Notes under the pieces: model-generated
The model's input: the letters and a program-made list of their open reading frames with translations, nothing else
Database searches by the model: none
Told to the model about the DNA's origin: nothing
Position numbers and translations under genes: made by a program
Shown: one piece after another, positions 41,874 through 52,662 of the stretch
How the letters are laid out: every line of letters starts with the position of its first letter
How positions within the stretch are numbered: position 1 is the first letter of the stretch
NCBI GenBank assembly: GCA_963704165.1
Contig: CAVPHD010000003.1
Location: forward strand, 160,001-224,000
Source of the DNA: an uncultured delta proteobacterium
Lineage (GTDB): Bacteria; Myxococcota_A; UBA9160; SZUA-336
Length of the DNA: 64,000 nucleotides
Direction of reading: 5' to 3'

Positions 41874-42896
41874 TCACTCGAAGAACGCTGAGACACGCTC
41901 CACCAGCCAGAACGCCGCGAGCGAACCGATCAGGTAGGCGATCGGCGTTCGGATCCGCGCGTCCTCGGGCCACGCAGAGCGCCGCGCTCCTCCCCGCCGG
42001 ACGAGAAGCGCCCGGAAGCCAAGCCCGAGGCCGAGGATCCCGGCAACGAACGCGAGCTGCCCGGCTTCGACGCCGACGTTGAAGCACAAGAGCGCGAGCG
42101 GGATGTCCTTCGACGGAAGCCCGACCTCGCGTAGGGCGCCGGCGAAGCCGAAGCCGTGCAGAAGGCCGAACGCGAACGCGACGATCCACGGTGCACGCGC
42201 CGTGAGCCCGCGCCGGCCTCTCCCGGAGTGCACGATCTCGGTCGCTACGAAGACGACGCTGAGCGCGATCGTCGCCTCGACCGGCGCCTGCGCCAGGTGC
42301 ATCCAACCCAGCGTCGCCGCCGTCAGCGTGACGCTGTGCGCGAGCGTGAATGCGGTCACGGTCGCGACCAGACGCCGGAAATTGCCGACGAGAAGGAGCA
42401 GGCCGAGGACGAAGAGCACGTGATCGACGCCGAAAAGGATGTGCTCCACGCCGAGCATCAGGTACGTCCGCGCCACCGCGCCCGTGCTCGGCGTGGCGTC
42501 GACCGTGAACGAGGGTCGGTCCGGCGTCAGTCGCGCAATCCGGCTCGTGCCGTCCGCGACCGCTACGCGCACGAGCACGTCGGTGCGCGTCGCGCCAAGC
42601 CCCTCGATCGAGACGGTCCGGCCGATGAGCCCGCCCGGACAGCGCGCGCTCCAGCGCTGCACGAACGCCCCACCGACGAACGAGCCCGATGGCGGCGTGG
42701 GGATGCACTCGGTGGGCAGGCGAACGTCGAGACGGAGGCGGAACTCGCCGCGCGCCGGGATCTTCCAGAGCACGTCGACGTCGTCGCGCCCGTGCTCGCG
42801 GAGCTCGAGGTAGCCCGGACGCACCTCGTGCGCATCGACGGCGCGCGCGGCTCCGACGATCGAGACGAACGCCAGCAGCGCGATCCGCGCGATCAC
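41874..42896 (-). CDS. HupE/UreJ family membrane protein
   Basis: AHEVRPGYLEL, GVEHILFGVDH, AFTLAHSVTL, GLLHGFGFA, FNVGVEAGQ. Confidence 0.9.
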   Translation of the reverse strand: MIARIALLAFVSIVGAARAVDAHEVRPGYLELREHGRDDVDVLWKIPARGEFRLRLDVRLPTECIPTPPSGSFVGGAFVQRWSARCPGGLIGRTVSIEGLGATRTDVLVRVAVADGTSRIARLTPDRPSFTVDATPSTGAVARTYLMLGVEHILFGVDHVLFVLGLLLLVGNFRRLVATVTAFTLAHSVTLTAATLGWMHLAQAPVEATIALSVVFVATEIVHSGRGRRGLTARAPWIVAFAFGLLHGFGFAGALREVGLPSKDIPLALLCFNVGVEAGQLAFVAGILGLGLGFRALLVRRGGARRSAWPEDARIRTPIAYLIGSLAAFWLVERVSAFFE

Positions 42897-43759
42897 GGCT
42901 CGATCCGCACCTCGTACCCGGCGCGAAGCCGCGCGAGGAAGGCGCGGTTCGTCTCCGTGCGAAGCTCCGCCTCCCACGCTCGCACCACTTCCGCGCGCGC
43001 CTCGTCGAGGGTCCGCGCGGCGCCGGGATCGCGGCGCTCCACGCGGACGATGTGAAAGCCGTACGGGGATCGGAGCGGCCCCCCCCAGCTCCCGACCGGG
43101 AGCTTCGCGAGCTTTTCGGCGAACTCGTCTCCGAACGCGTTCGCGATCTCCTGCGCGTCCGCCGCGGCCATCGTCCGCGGCAGGAGCGTCGGATCCGCGA
43201 CGTCCGCAGGCGATGCCGGTGAAGCTTCGGACTCGAGCTGCGCCAGGAGTCGTTCCGCGTCGCTCTGCGCGGCCTCACCGCGTCGCTCGGCGCTGAAGTA
43301 GAGCTGCTGGAACGTCAGGCGCACGGGGTGGGCGAATCTCGCGGCGTTCATTTCGAAGTAGCGATCGAGCTCTTCGTCGCCGGGCGCGATTCCCGCGCCG
43401 AGGTCTTCCGAGACGAACTCCATCTTCTGGCGCAGGCGACGTCGAATCACCGTGTCGTCCAGGTCGAGCCCCAGGGCGAGCGCTTCGCGGTAGTAGATCT
43501 CCTCGTTCACGAAGTCGTCGATCAGTGCCGAGAGCTCCTCGTCCGTAGGAGGACGGAGCCAGGTGCGCGCGAATCCCTCGGCCAACGTGTCGATCCGCGC
43601 GCGCGTGACCACGATCTCGCCCGGCGCACCCGAGCCGTCGCGGCTCACCGCGGAGTACACCGTGAACAGCACGGTCCCGATCACCAGGAAGTGCAGCAGT
43701 GGCTCACGCGCAAAGCGAGCGAATCGACCCGATCGCGCGGGTGGCGCGCCCTCGCTCAC
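42893..43759 (-). CDS. PpiC/parvulin-type peptidyl-prolyl isomerase
   Basis: REPLLHFL, EIYYREALALGLD..IRRRLRQKMEF, WGGPLRSPYGFH; 4-nt overlaps on both sides. Confidence 0.85.
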   Translation of the reverse strand: MSEGAPPARSGRFARFAREPLLHFLVIGTVLFTVYSAVSRDGSGAPGEIVVTRARIDTLAEGFARTWLRPPTDEELSALIDDFVNEEIYYREALALGLDLDDTVIRRRLRQKMEFVSEDLGAGIAPGDEELDRYFEMNAARFAHPVRLTFQQLYFSAERRGEAAQSDAERLLAQLESEASPASPADVADPTLLPRTMAAADAQEIANAFGDEFAEKLAKLPVGSWGGPLRSPYGFHIVRVERRDPGAARTLDEARAEVVRAWEAELRTETNRAFLARLRAGYEVRIEP

Positions 43760-45666
43760 TTCCCCGGCGTGTACCAGATCGGCGACGTGTAGGCGCGATC
43801 CTGCAGCGTCTTCGGGATGTCCTCGGGCAGCTGGGTGCCGTAGTACGCCGCGTCGTACGCGGTCCAGCGTGGCGTCGGGATCTGAAGCACGCGCGCGTAG
43901 TAGAACGCGCTCTCCTTCGCGTCGAAATCCGGATCCTTCCACACGGCGACGAGCTCGGGATCGCCGATGGTGTTGGTCCAGGTGGCCCTCGCGACATCCA
44001 CGCTGCTGCCGACGGGAGAGACGCGTCCGTCCGCTCCGAGCGTGCGGCGAGCGGCGTCGCCCCAGACGACGTCGTAGACCTGCTCGTGTGTCTCGCCCTT
44101 CGCGTCGAGCCAGCCCTTCACGATCTGGATGCGATCGAGATTCGCGCCGAGCGGGTCCTTCAGCGCGGCGACGAGGAACGTCGGCGCCGCACCCGCCTTC
44201 GCACCCTTCAGGTCGCCGCCCATCGGCACGCCCTTCGCGTAGCCCACGTCGGCGGGCAGGCGGCTGCGGACATCGTCGGGCTGGAAGTCCCAACCGCCGA
44301 AGAAGCGCACCACCATGCGCGGCCCCGTCGTCGCGTAGGTTTCACGGCGCTGCATCGCGTCGAAGAGCGACTCGCGCGTGTTCTCCATCGCCCAGACACC
44401 AGCGTAGCCCGAGGCACTCGTCATCCAGGTCATGATCTTGCGTCCGGTCGTCGGATTCTGAACGAAAGGATGAGTCGTACGCGCCGCGCTCGGCTCGGAG
44501 TTGGACGCCTTGCCGAAGAAGTTGTCCTCGTCCGCCGTCGCGAGACCCGTGTGCGAGTCGGTCGACCCGATCAGGCCGATCTTGTACGGGTTGGTGCCGA
44601 GCTCTTTTTCGAACCGGAGGCCGTTTCGCAGCGCCGCGCGCGCGTACTCGAACTCGAGCATTGCCGGCTCCTTCGCCTCGCTGAGGTCGAGGTTGCCGAG
44701 GTCCCAGGTCTCGAAGTCGGCGAACTCGTCGTTGGGCGAGAGAGTGGGATGGGTCTCTCCATCGCCCTTGATCTGAGTCACCTCGTACAGGCGCTCCCAC
44801 TTCGCGCGCGTGGTCGCGTACTCGCGGTCGATCTTCGTTCCGGTGAACGACTCGATGATCGGAAACATGCGACCGTTCGAGAGATTTCCGTTGTGCGCGA
44901 TCGCGAGCACCCGCCCCCCGGTCTTCTCCTCGTAGGCCTCGAGCCACTTCCACAGCTCGCGGGGATCGTCGCTGCCGAGCGGCTTCATGGTCGTGTACGG
45001 CACGATCTGGCCTGCCTTCGCGCCGTCGTCGCGGAAGATCACGTTGCGGTGCAGGTTGTTCCCGCTGGTGTTCGAGGTCCACTCGTAGCCGATGAAGGCC
45101 GTGAACTGACCCGGGTCGTTGGCTTCTTCCGCGGCCTTGATCGTCTCGTCCCAGGCATCGCGGAAGGCAGGGGTTCCGGGCACCGGGAGGATGGCTCGCG
45201 AGATCGTGCCCTTGCCGAAGTTGATGATGATGTCGACGGCCGCCTCCGCGCCCTTCCCGCCGGTGACCATGTCGTGCCACTTCTTGCCCTGCGGGTCGGC
45301 CATCATCGTCGGACCGCCGGCGAGAATCTGGGGGAAGAAACCCATTCCGTCGGAGTGGTCGGCCACGACCAGGAAGTCGAGCGGCCGGGAGAGCTTCACG
45401 AGCTGGCCGGTCGACGACTTGATCTCGTTGCCCTTGGCGAAGACGTAGGCGTCGCGCGGCGACAGACGCGCGCCGAACGCGCCCGCGTCCATCGAGAACG
45501 ACGTGTGCAGATGCGTGTCTCCGAAGTAGACGCGCGTCGGGAAGTCGCGAGACGCGTACGGGGAGTACGGGGGCTTCATGTCGTCGGCCCCGGCCGTCGT
45601 CGCCAGAAGGCTGCCGATCACGACTCCGAAGAGTCCCCTGCGGATCCGATTCGTGTGGGTCGTCAT
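43756..45666 (-). CDS. DUF3604 family secreted protein (PHP-like metal-binding)
   Basis: YFGDTHLHTSFSMDA, VADHSD, GYEWTS, NLHRNVIFR, AHNGN, GSTDSH, RAYTSPIWY. Confidence 0.9.
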   Translation of the reverse strand: MTTHTNRIRRGLFGVVIGSLLATTAGADDMKPPYSPYASRDFPTRVYFGDTHLHTSFSMDAGAFGARLSPRDAYVFAKGNEIKSSTGQLVKLSRPLDFLVVADHSDGMGFFPQILAGGPTMMADPQGKKWHDMVTGGKGAEAAVDIIINFGKGTISRAILPVPGTPAFRDAWDETIKAAEEANDPGQFTAFIGYEWTSNTSGNNLHRNVIFRDDGAKAGQIVPYTTMKPLGSDDPRELWKWLEAYEEKTGGRVLAIAHNGNLSNGRMFPIIESFTGTKIDREYATTRAKWERLYEVTQIKGDGETHPTLSPNDEFADFETWDLGNLDLSEAKEPAMLEFEYARAALRNGLRFEKELGTNPYKIGLIGSTDSHTGLATADEDNFFGKASNSEPSAARTTHPFVQNPTTGRKIMTWMTSASGYAGVWAMENTRESLFDAMQRRETYATTGPRMVVRFFGGWDFQPDDVRSRLPADVGYAKGVPMGGDLKGAKAGAAPTFLVAALKDPLGANLDRIQIVKGWLDAKGETHEQVYDVVWGDAARRTLGADGRVSPVGSSVDVARATWTNTIGDPELVAVWKDPDFDAKESAFYYARVLQIPTPRWTAYDAAYYGTQLPEDIPKTLQDRAYTSPIWYTPGK

Positions 45667-45862
45667 GGAGCCCATGGTACCCGAGTCTCGCGGGGATTCA
45701 CGTCTGGGCCGTCGCGACGATCGAAGCGACGAGCCCGAAGTGTGGCTCGACTGCAGGTCGAAACACATCGACGGATCAGCGGCGCCACCAGAACGGACTT
45801 CGTGTACACGGACGCCACGCGGCCTTCCCGCTTCCGTGTCGAACGGCATGACCGGAAGCTAC

Positions 45863-46204
45863 CTAGTTCGGTGTCACCGCGGTCCCGCGCGCCTCCGTGC
45901 AGGTGTTGCTCCACAGGATCCAGTACTGCGAGTACGAGTCGGAGGTGACGCTCACCAGCGCCGTTGCCCCGGGCGCCTGCTTCAATGCGTCCTGAATCGC
46001 GTTGTCGGTGCGGTTCCCGCCCGAGATCGGAAGGATCATGAGGAGGGAGACCTGGCAGTCGGAGCCGCGCACGTTCTCCTTCACGACGGTGTAGCCGCCC
46101 GGCGCGAGCGGGATCGTCGACGGCGCGATTCCACCCGGCGTGTGGGTGCACCCAACCGAGGCGAGCGTGAACAGGACGACGAGTCCAACCGAGGCCATTC
46201 GCAT
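45863..46204 (-). CDS. TRL-like small lipoprotein
   Basis: lipobox SVGC; two further Cys; CTEARGTAV C-terminus; GGAGGG RBS. Confidence 0.7.
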   Translation of the reverse strand: MRMASVGLVVLFTLASVGCTHTPGGIAPSTIPLAPGGYTVVKENVRGSDCQVSLLMILPISGGNRTDNAIQDALKQAPGATALVSVTSDSYSQYWILWSNTCTEARGTAVTPN

Positions 46205-46231
46205 CTCGACCCTCCATGTTTCGACCGAGTG

Positions 46232-46435
46232 TCAAACGTACGGAATACCCGGACGTCGCGCATCGATGGAGGGAGCGCCGACGATTCGAAGCCGTGCAGG
46301 CCGAGCCGTCCGCCCGGCATCGTAGGAGACCTCGACTTCGATCTGTCCCGGACGCGGAACCGGGGCGTCGATCTCGCCGAGCGCGAGCGGGAACCGGTCG
46401 ATCGGGTCCGGCCGCGAGAGGATCCACGCGCGCAT
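46232..46435 (-). pseudogene. possible remnant of the N-terminus of a Zn-dependent alcohol dehydrogenase
   Basis: MRAWILSRPDPIDRFPLALGEIDAPVPRPGQIEVEV resembles an MDR N-terminus, then diverges before the catalytic Cys. Confidence 0.45.
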
Positions 46436-46462
46436 CGCTCGCAAGTCTTACACTCGCGCGCG

Positions 46463-47173
46463 TTGAACGTATTTCTCTTCGACGCGAACGACGAGACCGT
46501 CCCGGGACGCGTGCGCGCGGCCGACCGGCGCCACCGCCACGTGCGCGAGATCCTGCGCGCGAACGTCGGCGACTCGATCGCGGTCGGCCGGATCGACGGA
46601 AAGCTCGGTCGGGGGAGGATCGTCGCGATCGACGACGCCGCCCTCGAGCTCGAGGTGACGCTCGATCGCGAGCCGCCGGCGCCGCTTCCCGTCACGCTCG
46701 CGCTCGCGCTGCCGCGCCCACCCAGCCTTCGCAAGGTGCTGCAGCAGGCGACGGCGCTCGGCGTGAAGCGCTTCGTGCTCTTCGCGAGCGCGCGCGTCGA
46801 GAAGAGCTACTGGCAGAGCACCGGCCTCGCGCATTCGGCGATTCGCGAGCAACTCCTGCTCGGTCTGGAGCAGGCGGTCGACACGGTCGTTCCCGAGATC
46901 GAGTTCGCCCGCCGCTTCCGGCCGTTCGTCGAGGACGAGCTGCCGCGTCTCGCGAACGGCGCGCCGATTCTCGTCGCGCACCCGGGTCCGGCCGCGACGC
47001 CTGCGCCCTTCGCGAAGGGATTCGCCGTGCTCGTCGTCGGTCCCGAAGGCGGGTTTCAGGACCACGAGCTCGAGAGGCTCGATTCCGTCGGGGCAACGCG
47101 GGTCGTCCTGGGTCCACGCGTGCTTCGTGTCGAGACCGCCGTCGTCGTTCTGCTCGCGCGCCTCGCTGGTTGA
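46463..47173 (+). CDS. rsmE: 16S rRNA (uracil1498-N3)-methyltransferase
   Basis: LALPRP..KVLQQATALGV, EQA, VGPEGGF, LGPRVLRVETA. Confidence 0.92.
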   Translation: MNVFLFDANDETVPGRVRAADRRHRHVREILRANVGDSIAVGRIDGKLGRGRIVAIDDAALELEVTLDREPPAPLPVTLALALPRPPSLRKVLQQATALGVKRFVLFASARVEKSYWQSTGLAHSAIREQLLLGLEQAVDTVVPEIEFARRFRPFVEDELPRLANGAPILVAHPGPAATPAPFAKGFAVLVVGPEGGFQDHELERLDSVGATRVVLGPRVLRVETAVVVLLARLAG

Positions 47174-47214
47174 CACCCCAGAGGGTCATTCGGATACTCG
47201 CCGCCGTGGACGTC

Positions 47215-48510
47215 ATGGAAAAGCTCGTCGCGCTGTGCCTGAACCGAGGATTCATCTACCCGTCGAGCGAGATCTACGGCGGTATCGCGGGATTCTGGGA
47301 TTACGGGCCGCTCGGCACCGAGATGCGCAACAACGTCAAGGCGGCGTGGTGGCAGCGCATGGTGCGCGAACGAGACGACGTGGTGGGCCTCGATTCGTCC
47401 ATCATCGCCAACCCGAAGACCTGGGTGGCGTCGGGGCACGTCGCGAACTTCAACGATCCGATGATCGATTGCCGTCGCTGCAAACGGCGCTTCCGGGAAG
47501 GACAGATCGACGACGACGATCGCTGCACCGCGGCGGAAGACGGGAAGCACGACCTGACCGAGCCGCGGCAGTTCAACCTGATGCTGAAGACGCGCGTCGG
47601 CGCCGCGGACGACTCGGCCGGCGACGCGTATCTCCGAGCCGAGACGTGTCAGTCGATCTTCCTCGACTTCAAACGAGTCATGCAATCCGCGCGCATGAAA
47701 CCCGCTTTCGGCATCGCCCAGATCGGAAAGGCGTTCCGGAACGAGATCACTCCGCGCAACTTCATCTTCCGGTCGCGCGAGTTCGAGCAGATGGAACTCG
47801 AGTTCTTCACTCCCCCTGCGGAGGCGATGGACTGGTTCGAGCGCTTTCGCGAGATCCGCATGCGCTGGCATCACGACGTCGGGATCGCGCCCGCGAAGCT
47901 GCGCTGGCACGCGCACGCCGCCGACGAGCTCGCACACTACGCGAAGGCCGCCTACGACGTGGTCTTCGAGTTCCCCTTCGGCTGGCAGGAACTCGAAGGC
48001 GTGCACAACCGCGGCGATTTCGATCTGCGCCAGCACAGCGAGCACTCGGGCAAGGATCAGTCCTACACCGACCCCGAGACGAAAGAGCGGTACTTCCCGT
48101 ACGTCGTGGAGACGTCGGTCGGCGTGGATCGCTGCCTGCTCGCGCTGCTCTGCAGCGCGTACCACGAGGACGAAGTGGGCGGAGAGAAGCGCGTCGTGCT
48201 GCGTCTCACCCCGCAGATCGCCCCGATCAAGGTGGCGATCCTGCCATTGTCGAAGAAGCTCGCCGAGCCGGCCGAGAAGATCGCCGCCGATCTGCGCCGG
48301 CGTTTCGCCGTCGATTTCGACGTTCCCGGCAGCATCGGCAAGCGCTATCGACGCCAGGACGAGGTCGGGACACCATTCTGCGTCACGTACGACTTCGACT
48401 CCGAGCAGGACCAGAAGGCGACCGTCCGCGAACGCGACACGACGAAGCAGGAGCGGATCGCCCTCGGAGAGCTGCCGTCGTACCTCTCGGAGCGAATCCT
48501 CGGCTTCTAG
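47215..48510 (+). CDS. glyQS: glycine--tRNA ligase, homodimeric (alpha2) type
   Basis: [59 protein letters not shown]. Confidence 0.95.
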   Translation: MEKLVALCLNRGFIYPSSEIYGGIAGFWDYGPLGTEMRNNVKAAWWQRMVRERDDVVGLDSSIIANPKTWVASGHVANFNDPMIDCRRCKRRFREGQIDDDDRCTAAEDGKHDLTEPRQFNLMLKTRVGAADDSAGDAYLRAETCQSIFLDFKRVMQSARMKPAFGIAQIGKAFRNEITPRNFIFRSREFEQMELEFFTPPAEAMDWFERFREIRMRWHHDVGIAPAKLRWHAHAADELAHYAKAAYDVVFEFPFGWQELEGVHNRGDFDLRQHSEHSGKDQSYTDPETKERYFPYVVETSVGVDRCLLALLCSAYHEDEVGGEKRVVLRLTPQIAPIKVAILPLSKKLAEPAEKIAADLRRRFAVDFDVPGSIGKRYRRQDEVGTPFCVTYDFDSEQDQKATVRERDTTKQERIALGELPSYLSERILGF

Positions 48511-49613
48511 AACTTGATCACCGAGCGGATCGCGGATCCGTCGTGCATCGAGTCGAAGGCTTCGTTGATGCGCTCGAGCGGAAGCTCTGCGGTGACCATC
48601 TCGTCGAGCTTGATCTTTCCGCTCATGTAGCGATCGACGAAGCGGGGGAGTTGCGTGCGGCCCTTCGTGCCACCGAAGGCGGTGCCACGCCACGAGCGCC
48701 CGGTGACGAGCAGGAAGGGTCTCGCGTGGATCTCCTGCCCCGCCCCCGCGACCCCGATGATGATCGCCTGCCCCCAGCCGCGGCTCGTGCAGGCGAGCGC
48801 CTGGCCCATCACGTCGACGTTGCCGATGCATTCGAACGAGTAGTCCACGCCGCCGTCGGTCATCGACACGATCGCGGCGGCAACGTCCGCGACGTCCGTC
48901 GGATTCAGGAAGTCCGTCGCGCCCAGGCTTTTCGCGAGCTCGAACTTCCGCGGATTGAGATCGATCCCGATGATGCGCTCGGCTCCGGCCATCACCGCGC
49001 CTTGAACCACGGAGAGACCGATGCCTCCGAGGCCGAAGACCGCGACGGACGCCCCCGGCTCGACCTTTGCCGTGTGGAGCACCGCGCCGATTCCCGTCGT
49101 GACACCGCAACCGAGCAGGCAGATGCGGTCGAGCGGCGCGTCCGAGCGAACCTTCGCGAGCGCGATCTCCGGAACGACGGTGTACTCGCCGAACGTCGAT
49201 GTGCCCATGTAGTGGTGTAGGCGTTTTCCGCGCGCGGAGAGGCGACTCGATCCGTCGGGCATCAGGCCCCTGCCCTGCGTCTCGCGGATCCGCGCGCAGA
49301 GGTTCGTCCTGCCGGAGAGGCAGAACCGGCACTCACGGCACTCCGGGATGTAGAGCGGAATCACGTGGTCCCCGACCGAGAGCGAGCGGACTCCGGCGCC
49401 GACCTCGACCACCTCGCCCGCGCCTTCGTGACCGAGCACCGCGGGGAACAAGCCTTCCGGATCCTTTCCCGACAGCGTGTACGCGTCCGTGTGGCAGACC
49501 CCGGTTGCCGACAACCGGACCAGGCACTCGCCTTCGCGAGGGCCCTCGAGGTCGATCTGCTCGACTTCGAGCTTCTTCCCCGGCTCCCATGCCACGGCCG
49601 CCCTGATCTTCAC
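48507..49613 (-). CDS. frmA: S-(hydroxymethyl)glutathione dehydrogenase / class III ADH
   Basis: [44 protein letters not shown]. Confidence 0.95.
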   Translation of the reverse strand: MKIRAAVAWEPGKKLEVEQIDLEGPREGECLVRLSATGVCHTDAYTLSGKDPEGLFPAVLGHEGAGEVVEVGAGVRSLSVGDHVIPLYIPECRECRFCLSGRTNLCARIRETQGRGLMPDGSSRLSARGKRLHHYMGTSTFGEYTVVPEIALAKVRSDAPLDRICLLGCGVTTGIGAVLHTAKVEPGASVAVFGLGGIGLSVVQGAVMAGAERIIGIDLNPRKFELAKSLGATDFLNPTDVADVAAAIVSMTDGGVDYSFECIGNVDVMGQALACTSRGWGQAIIIGVAGAGQEIHARPFLLVTGRSWRGTAFGGTKGRTQLPRFVDRYMSGKIKLDEMVTAELPLERINEAFDSMHDGSAIRSVIKF

Positions 49614-49727
49614 GAACGTCCCTCCCGCTCGGCGCGGCGATGATACCAGCCGAGACCGGGGGTTTTTACCGAACTTTGACGCGCGGAGGGCGCGTCCCCG
49701 ATGGCGCGACCCTACCTTGTGCTCCCA

Positions 49728-50822
49728 ATGGCAAGTCCTGAAGCGTCTCCAGAGGCTGAAGCGGTAGAGTCCGGTCCCACGATCACCGACGTGATCAAGA
49801 TCCTGCCCGAGCACGTCTATCACAACCCGACGAGCCTGGGCTTGATCTACTTCGCGCGCGACGCCGCGCTCTATCTGGGCTTGATCGCCCTGCTCGTGGT
49901 GGTCGAGTCGCCCTTCCTACTGGTCCCACTCTGGGTGCTCACCGCGCTCACCACGGCCGCCCTCTTCATCCTGGCGCACGACGCCGCCCATGACTCGCTC
50001 TTCGCGAGCAAGCGCCTGAACTATGTGATCGGGCAGATCTGCATGCTGCCGTCACTCCACGTCCTCGAGGCCTGGGTGCTCGGGCACAACCGGATTCACC
50101 ACGGGCACACGGTGCGCGAGGGAATGGACTACGTCTGGCACCCTGCGACGCCGGAGAACTACCGGTCGATGACGCCGACGCAGCGCGCGATGCACCGCCT
50201 GAAGTGGTCCTGGCTCGGCGCCGGCGTGTACTACGGCTGGGACATCTGGTGGAAGAGCATGATGAACTTCACGCCTCCCGCGAAGATCGCGGCGAACGTG
50301 AAGCGTGACCGGACGATCGTCTGGACGTACGCGGCCGTGCTGAGCCTGGTATTGCTCGGTGCCGGCGCATTCCAGTACGGCGGGATCGGCGGCGCGCTGT
50401 GGATGTGGACGAAGGTCTTCGCCGTGCCGTTCCTGCTCTGGAACTACGTGATCGGCATCGCCGTCTACGTTCACCACATCGCGCCCGACATCGCCTGGCA
50501 GAGTCGCCGCGAGTGGACTCGCTTCAAGGGCCAGATGGAGGGGACGACGATCCTTCACGTACCCGCGTGGATGAACTTCTTCATGCACAACATCATGCTG
50601 CACGTCCCCCACCACGTGGACATGCGGATTCCGTTCTACCGCCTGCCGGAGGCCTGCGAGGCGATCCGCAGCGGATACGGCGACGTCGTGCGCGAGCGGA
50701 GCTTCCAGCTTTCCGACTACCGGCGCACGACCCGCGTCTGCAAGCTGTACGACTTCGAGACGCACAGCTGGCATGGCTACGACGTTGCGAACGAGGCGCC
50801 CGAGCTAGTCACGCAAGCGTAG
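49728..50822 (+). CDS. membrane fatty acid desaturase (omega-6/delta-12-like)
   Basis: His boxes HDAAH, HNRIHH, HVPHH; TM segments. Confidence 0.9.
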   Translation: MASPEASPEAEAVESGPTITDVIKILPEHVYHNPTSLGLIYFARDAALYLGLIALLVVVESPFLLVPLWVLTALTTAALFILAHDAAHDSLFASKRLNYVIGQICMLPSLHVLEAWVLGHNRIHHGHTVREGMDYVWHPATPENYRSMTPTQRAMHRLKWSWLGAGVYYGWDIWWKSMMNFTPPAKIAANVKRDRTIVWTYAAVLSLVLLGAGAFQYGGIGGALWMWTKVFAVPFLLWNYVIGIAVYVHHIAPDIAWQSRREWTRFKGQMEGTTILHVPAWMNFFMHNIMLHVPHHVDMRIPFYRLPEACEAIRSGYGDVVRERSFQLSDYRRTTRVCKLYDFETHSWHGYDVANEAPELVTQA

Positions 50823-52587
50823 CCCGAGCTCCTTGAGCTGAGCGTCATCGACGGCGCTCGGCGACTCCATGAAGCTGTCCTGTGCGCGCTGCGTTTTCGG
50901 AAAAGCGAGCACGTCCCGCAGGCTCTCGCCCCCGGCGAGCATCAGCGCGAAACGGTCGAAGCCGAATGCGAATCCGCCGTGCGGCGGCGCTCCGGTGTCG
51001 AGCGCGTCGAGCATGAATCCGAAACGCGCCCGTGCTTCCGCCTCGGAGTACCCGAGGATCTCGAGGATCTTGAGCTGCACGTCGGAGCGGTGATTTCGCA
51101 GGCTACCGGAGCCGAGCTCGACACCGTTCAAGACCAGATCGTAGTGCGTGGCCACGACGCTCCTCGGATCCGTGTCGAGCTTGTCGAGATCGCTTTCGAG
51201 CGGTGCGACGAACGGCATGTGCATGTAGGTCAGCTTGCCGCCCTCCCCCTCCTCGAAGAGCGGAAAGCCGACGACGAAGTGGGGATCCCACGCCCGGCCA
51301 TCGTATCGATCGAGCTTCTGACCGAGGTCGAGGCGTAGTCGGCCGAGCACGTCGGAGACGATCGTCTCCCGGTCCGCGCCGAACAGGATCACCGAGCCGG
51401 GTCGCAGACCGGGCCCGTGCACCGATCGCCGCCTTCTCGTCGTCGGAGAGGAACTTCGCGATCGGTGACTGCCACGTTCCATCGTCGCCGACCCTCACCC
51501 AGGCCAGCCCCTTGGCACCGAAGCCACGCGCCTGCTCGTTCAGCCGATCGAGCTCGCTGCGGGTGAGCGCACTCGCGTCGTGGATCGGCAGTCCGCGTAC
51601 GACACCACCCGCCGAGAGCGCGCCGGCGAAGACCTTGAACTCGCTTGCGGCGAGCAGGTCCGAGAGCTCGACGATTTCGAGCTGGATGCGCCGCTCCGGT
51701 TTGTCGGAGCCGTAACGCGCCATCGCGTCCGCGTACTCGATGCGCGGAAACGGACGCTCGAGCTCCACGCCGAGCACGTCGCGGAACGCGCGTACGGTCA
51801 GGTGCTCGAGCAGATCGAGCACGTCGTCCATGCCGACGAACGACAGCTCCAGATCGAGCTGCGTGAACTCGAGCTGCCGATCGGCGCGTTGATCTTCGTC
51901 GCGGAAGCAGCGCGCGAGCTGGAAGTACGAGTCGAAGCCCGCGACCATCAGCATCTGCTTCAAGATCTGGGGTGACTGCGGGAGCGCGAAGAAACTGCCG
52001 TGGTGCATTCGGCTCGGCACGAGGAAGTCACGCGCGCCCTCGGGCGTGGCGCGCGCCAGGATCGGCGTCTCGATCTCGGTCAGCCCGCGCTCGGCGCAAC
52101 CGAGCCTCATCGACTGCGCGAGTTCGTGGCGCACCCGGAGACGTCTCTGCATTGCCGGACGTCGCAGGTCGTGGATTCGGTACTTGAGACGACTGCTCTC
52201 GTCGAGCTGCACGTCGTCCTCGATCTCGAACGGCGGCGTCGTGGCCGTGTTGAGGATGCGAACCTCGTGCGCGATCAGCTCGACCGCGCCCGTCGGCAGG
52301 TTCGGGTTCACGACGTCCGCGTCCCTGCGGGCGAGCACACCCCGCACGATCAGCACCCACTCGGCTCGCACCGCCTGCGCCTTGGCGTGTGCCTCGGGCT
52401 CTGCGTCCGGCTTGAAGACGACCTGCGCGATCCCGCTCCGGTCGCGCAGATCTACGAAGATCACGCCGCCGTGGTCGCGCCGCTTTCGCACCCAGCCGCA
52501 GAGAACCACTTCGCGGCCGACGTCGCTCGGTCGCACCTCTCCACAGAAATGTGTTCTGCGCAGATCGCCGAGTGGATCGAGTTGCAA
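50805..52587 (-). CDS. aspS: aspartate--tRNA ligase; +1 frameshift near 51411
   Basis: RTHFCGE, RDHGGVIFVDLRD, TPEGARDFLVPSR, LPQSPQ, CFRDED; C-terminus GAPPHGGFAFGFDR in ORF 50805..51482. Confidence 0.95.
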
Positions 52588-52662
52588 GGAGGCTCCCTCT
52601 GCCGCGTCGGACGCTTCGGCGCGCGGAGCCTACCAAGGCCCCGCGGGCGGGTCAAAGTCCGG

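Noticed and set aside
50805..52587. aspS as a pseudogene or programmed frameshift
   Set aside because: One extra base in a short G/C run with no slippery heptamer; same +1 pattern as the other indels; essential gene
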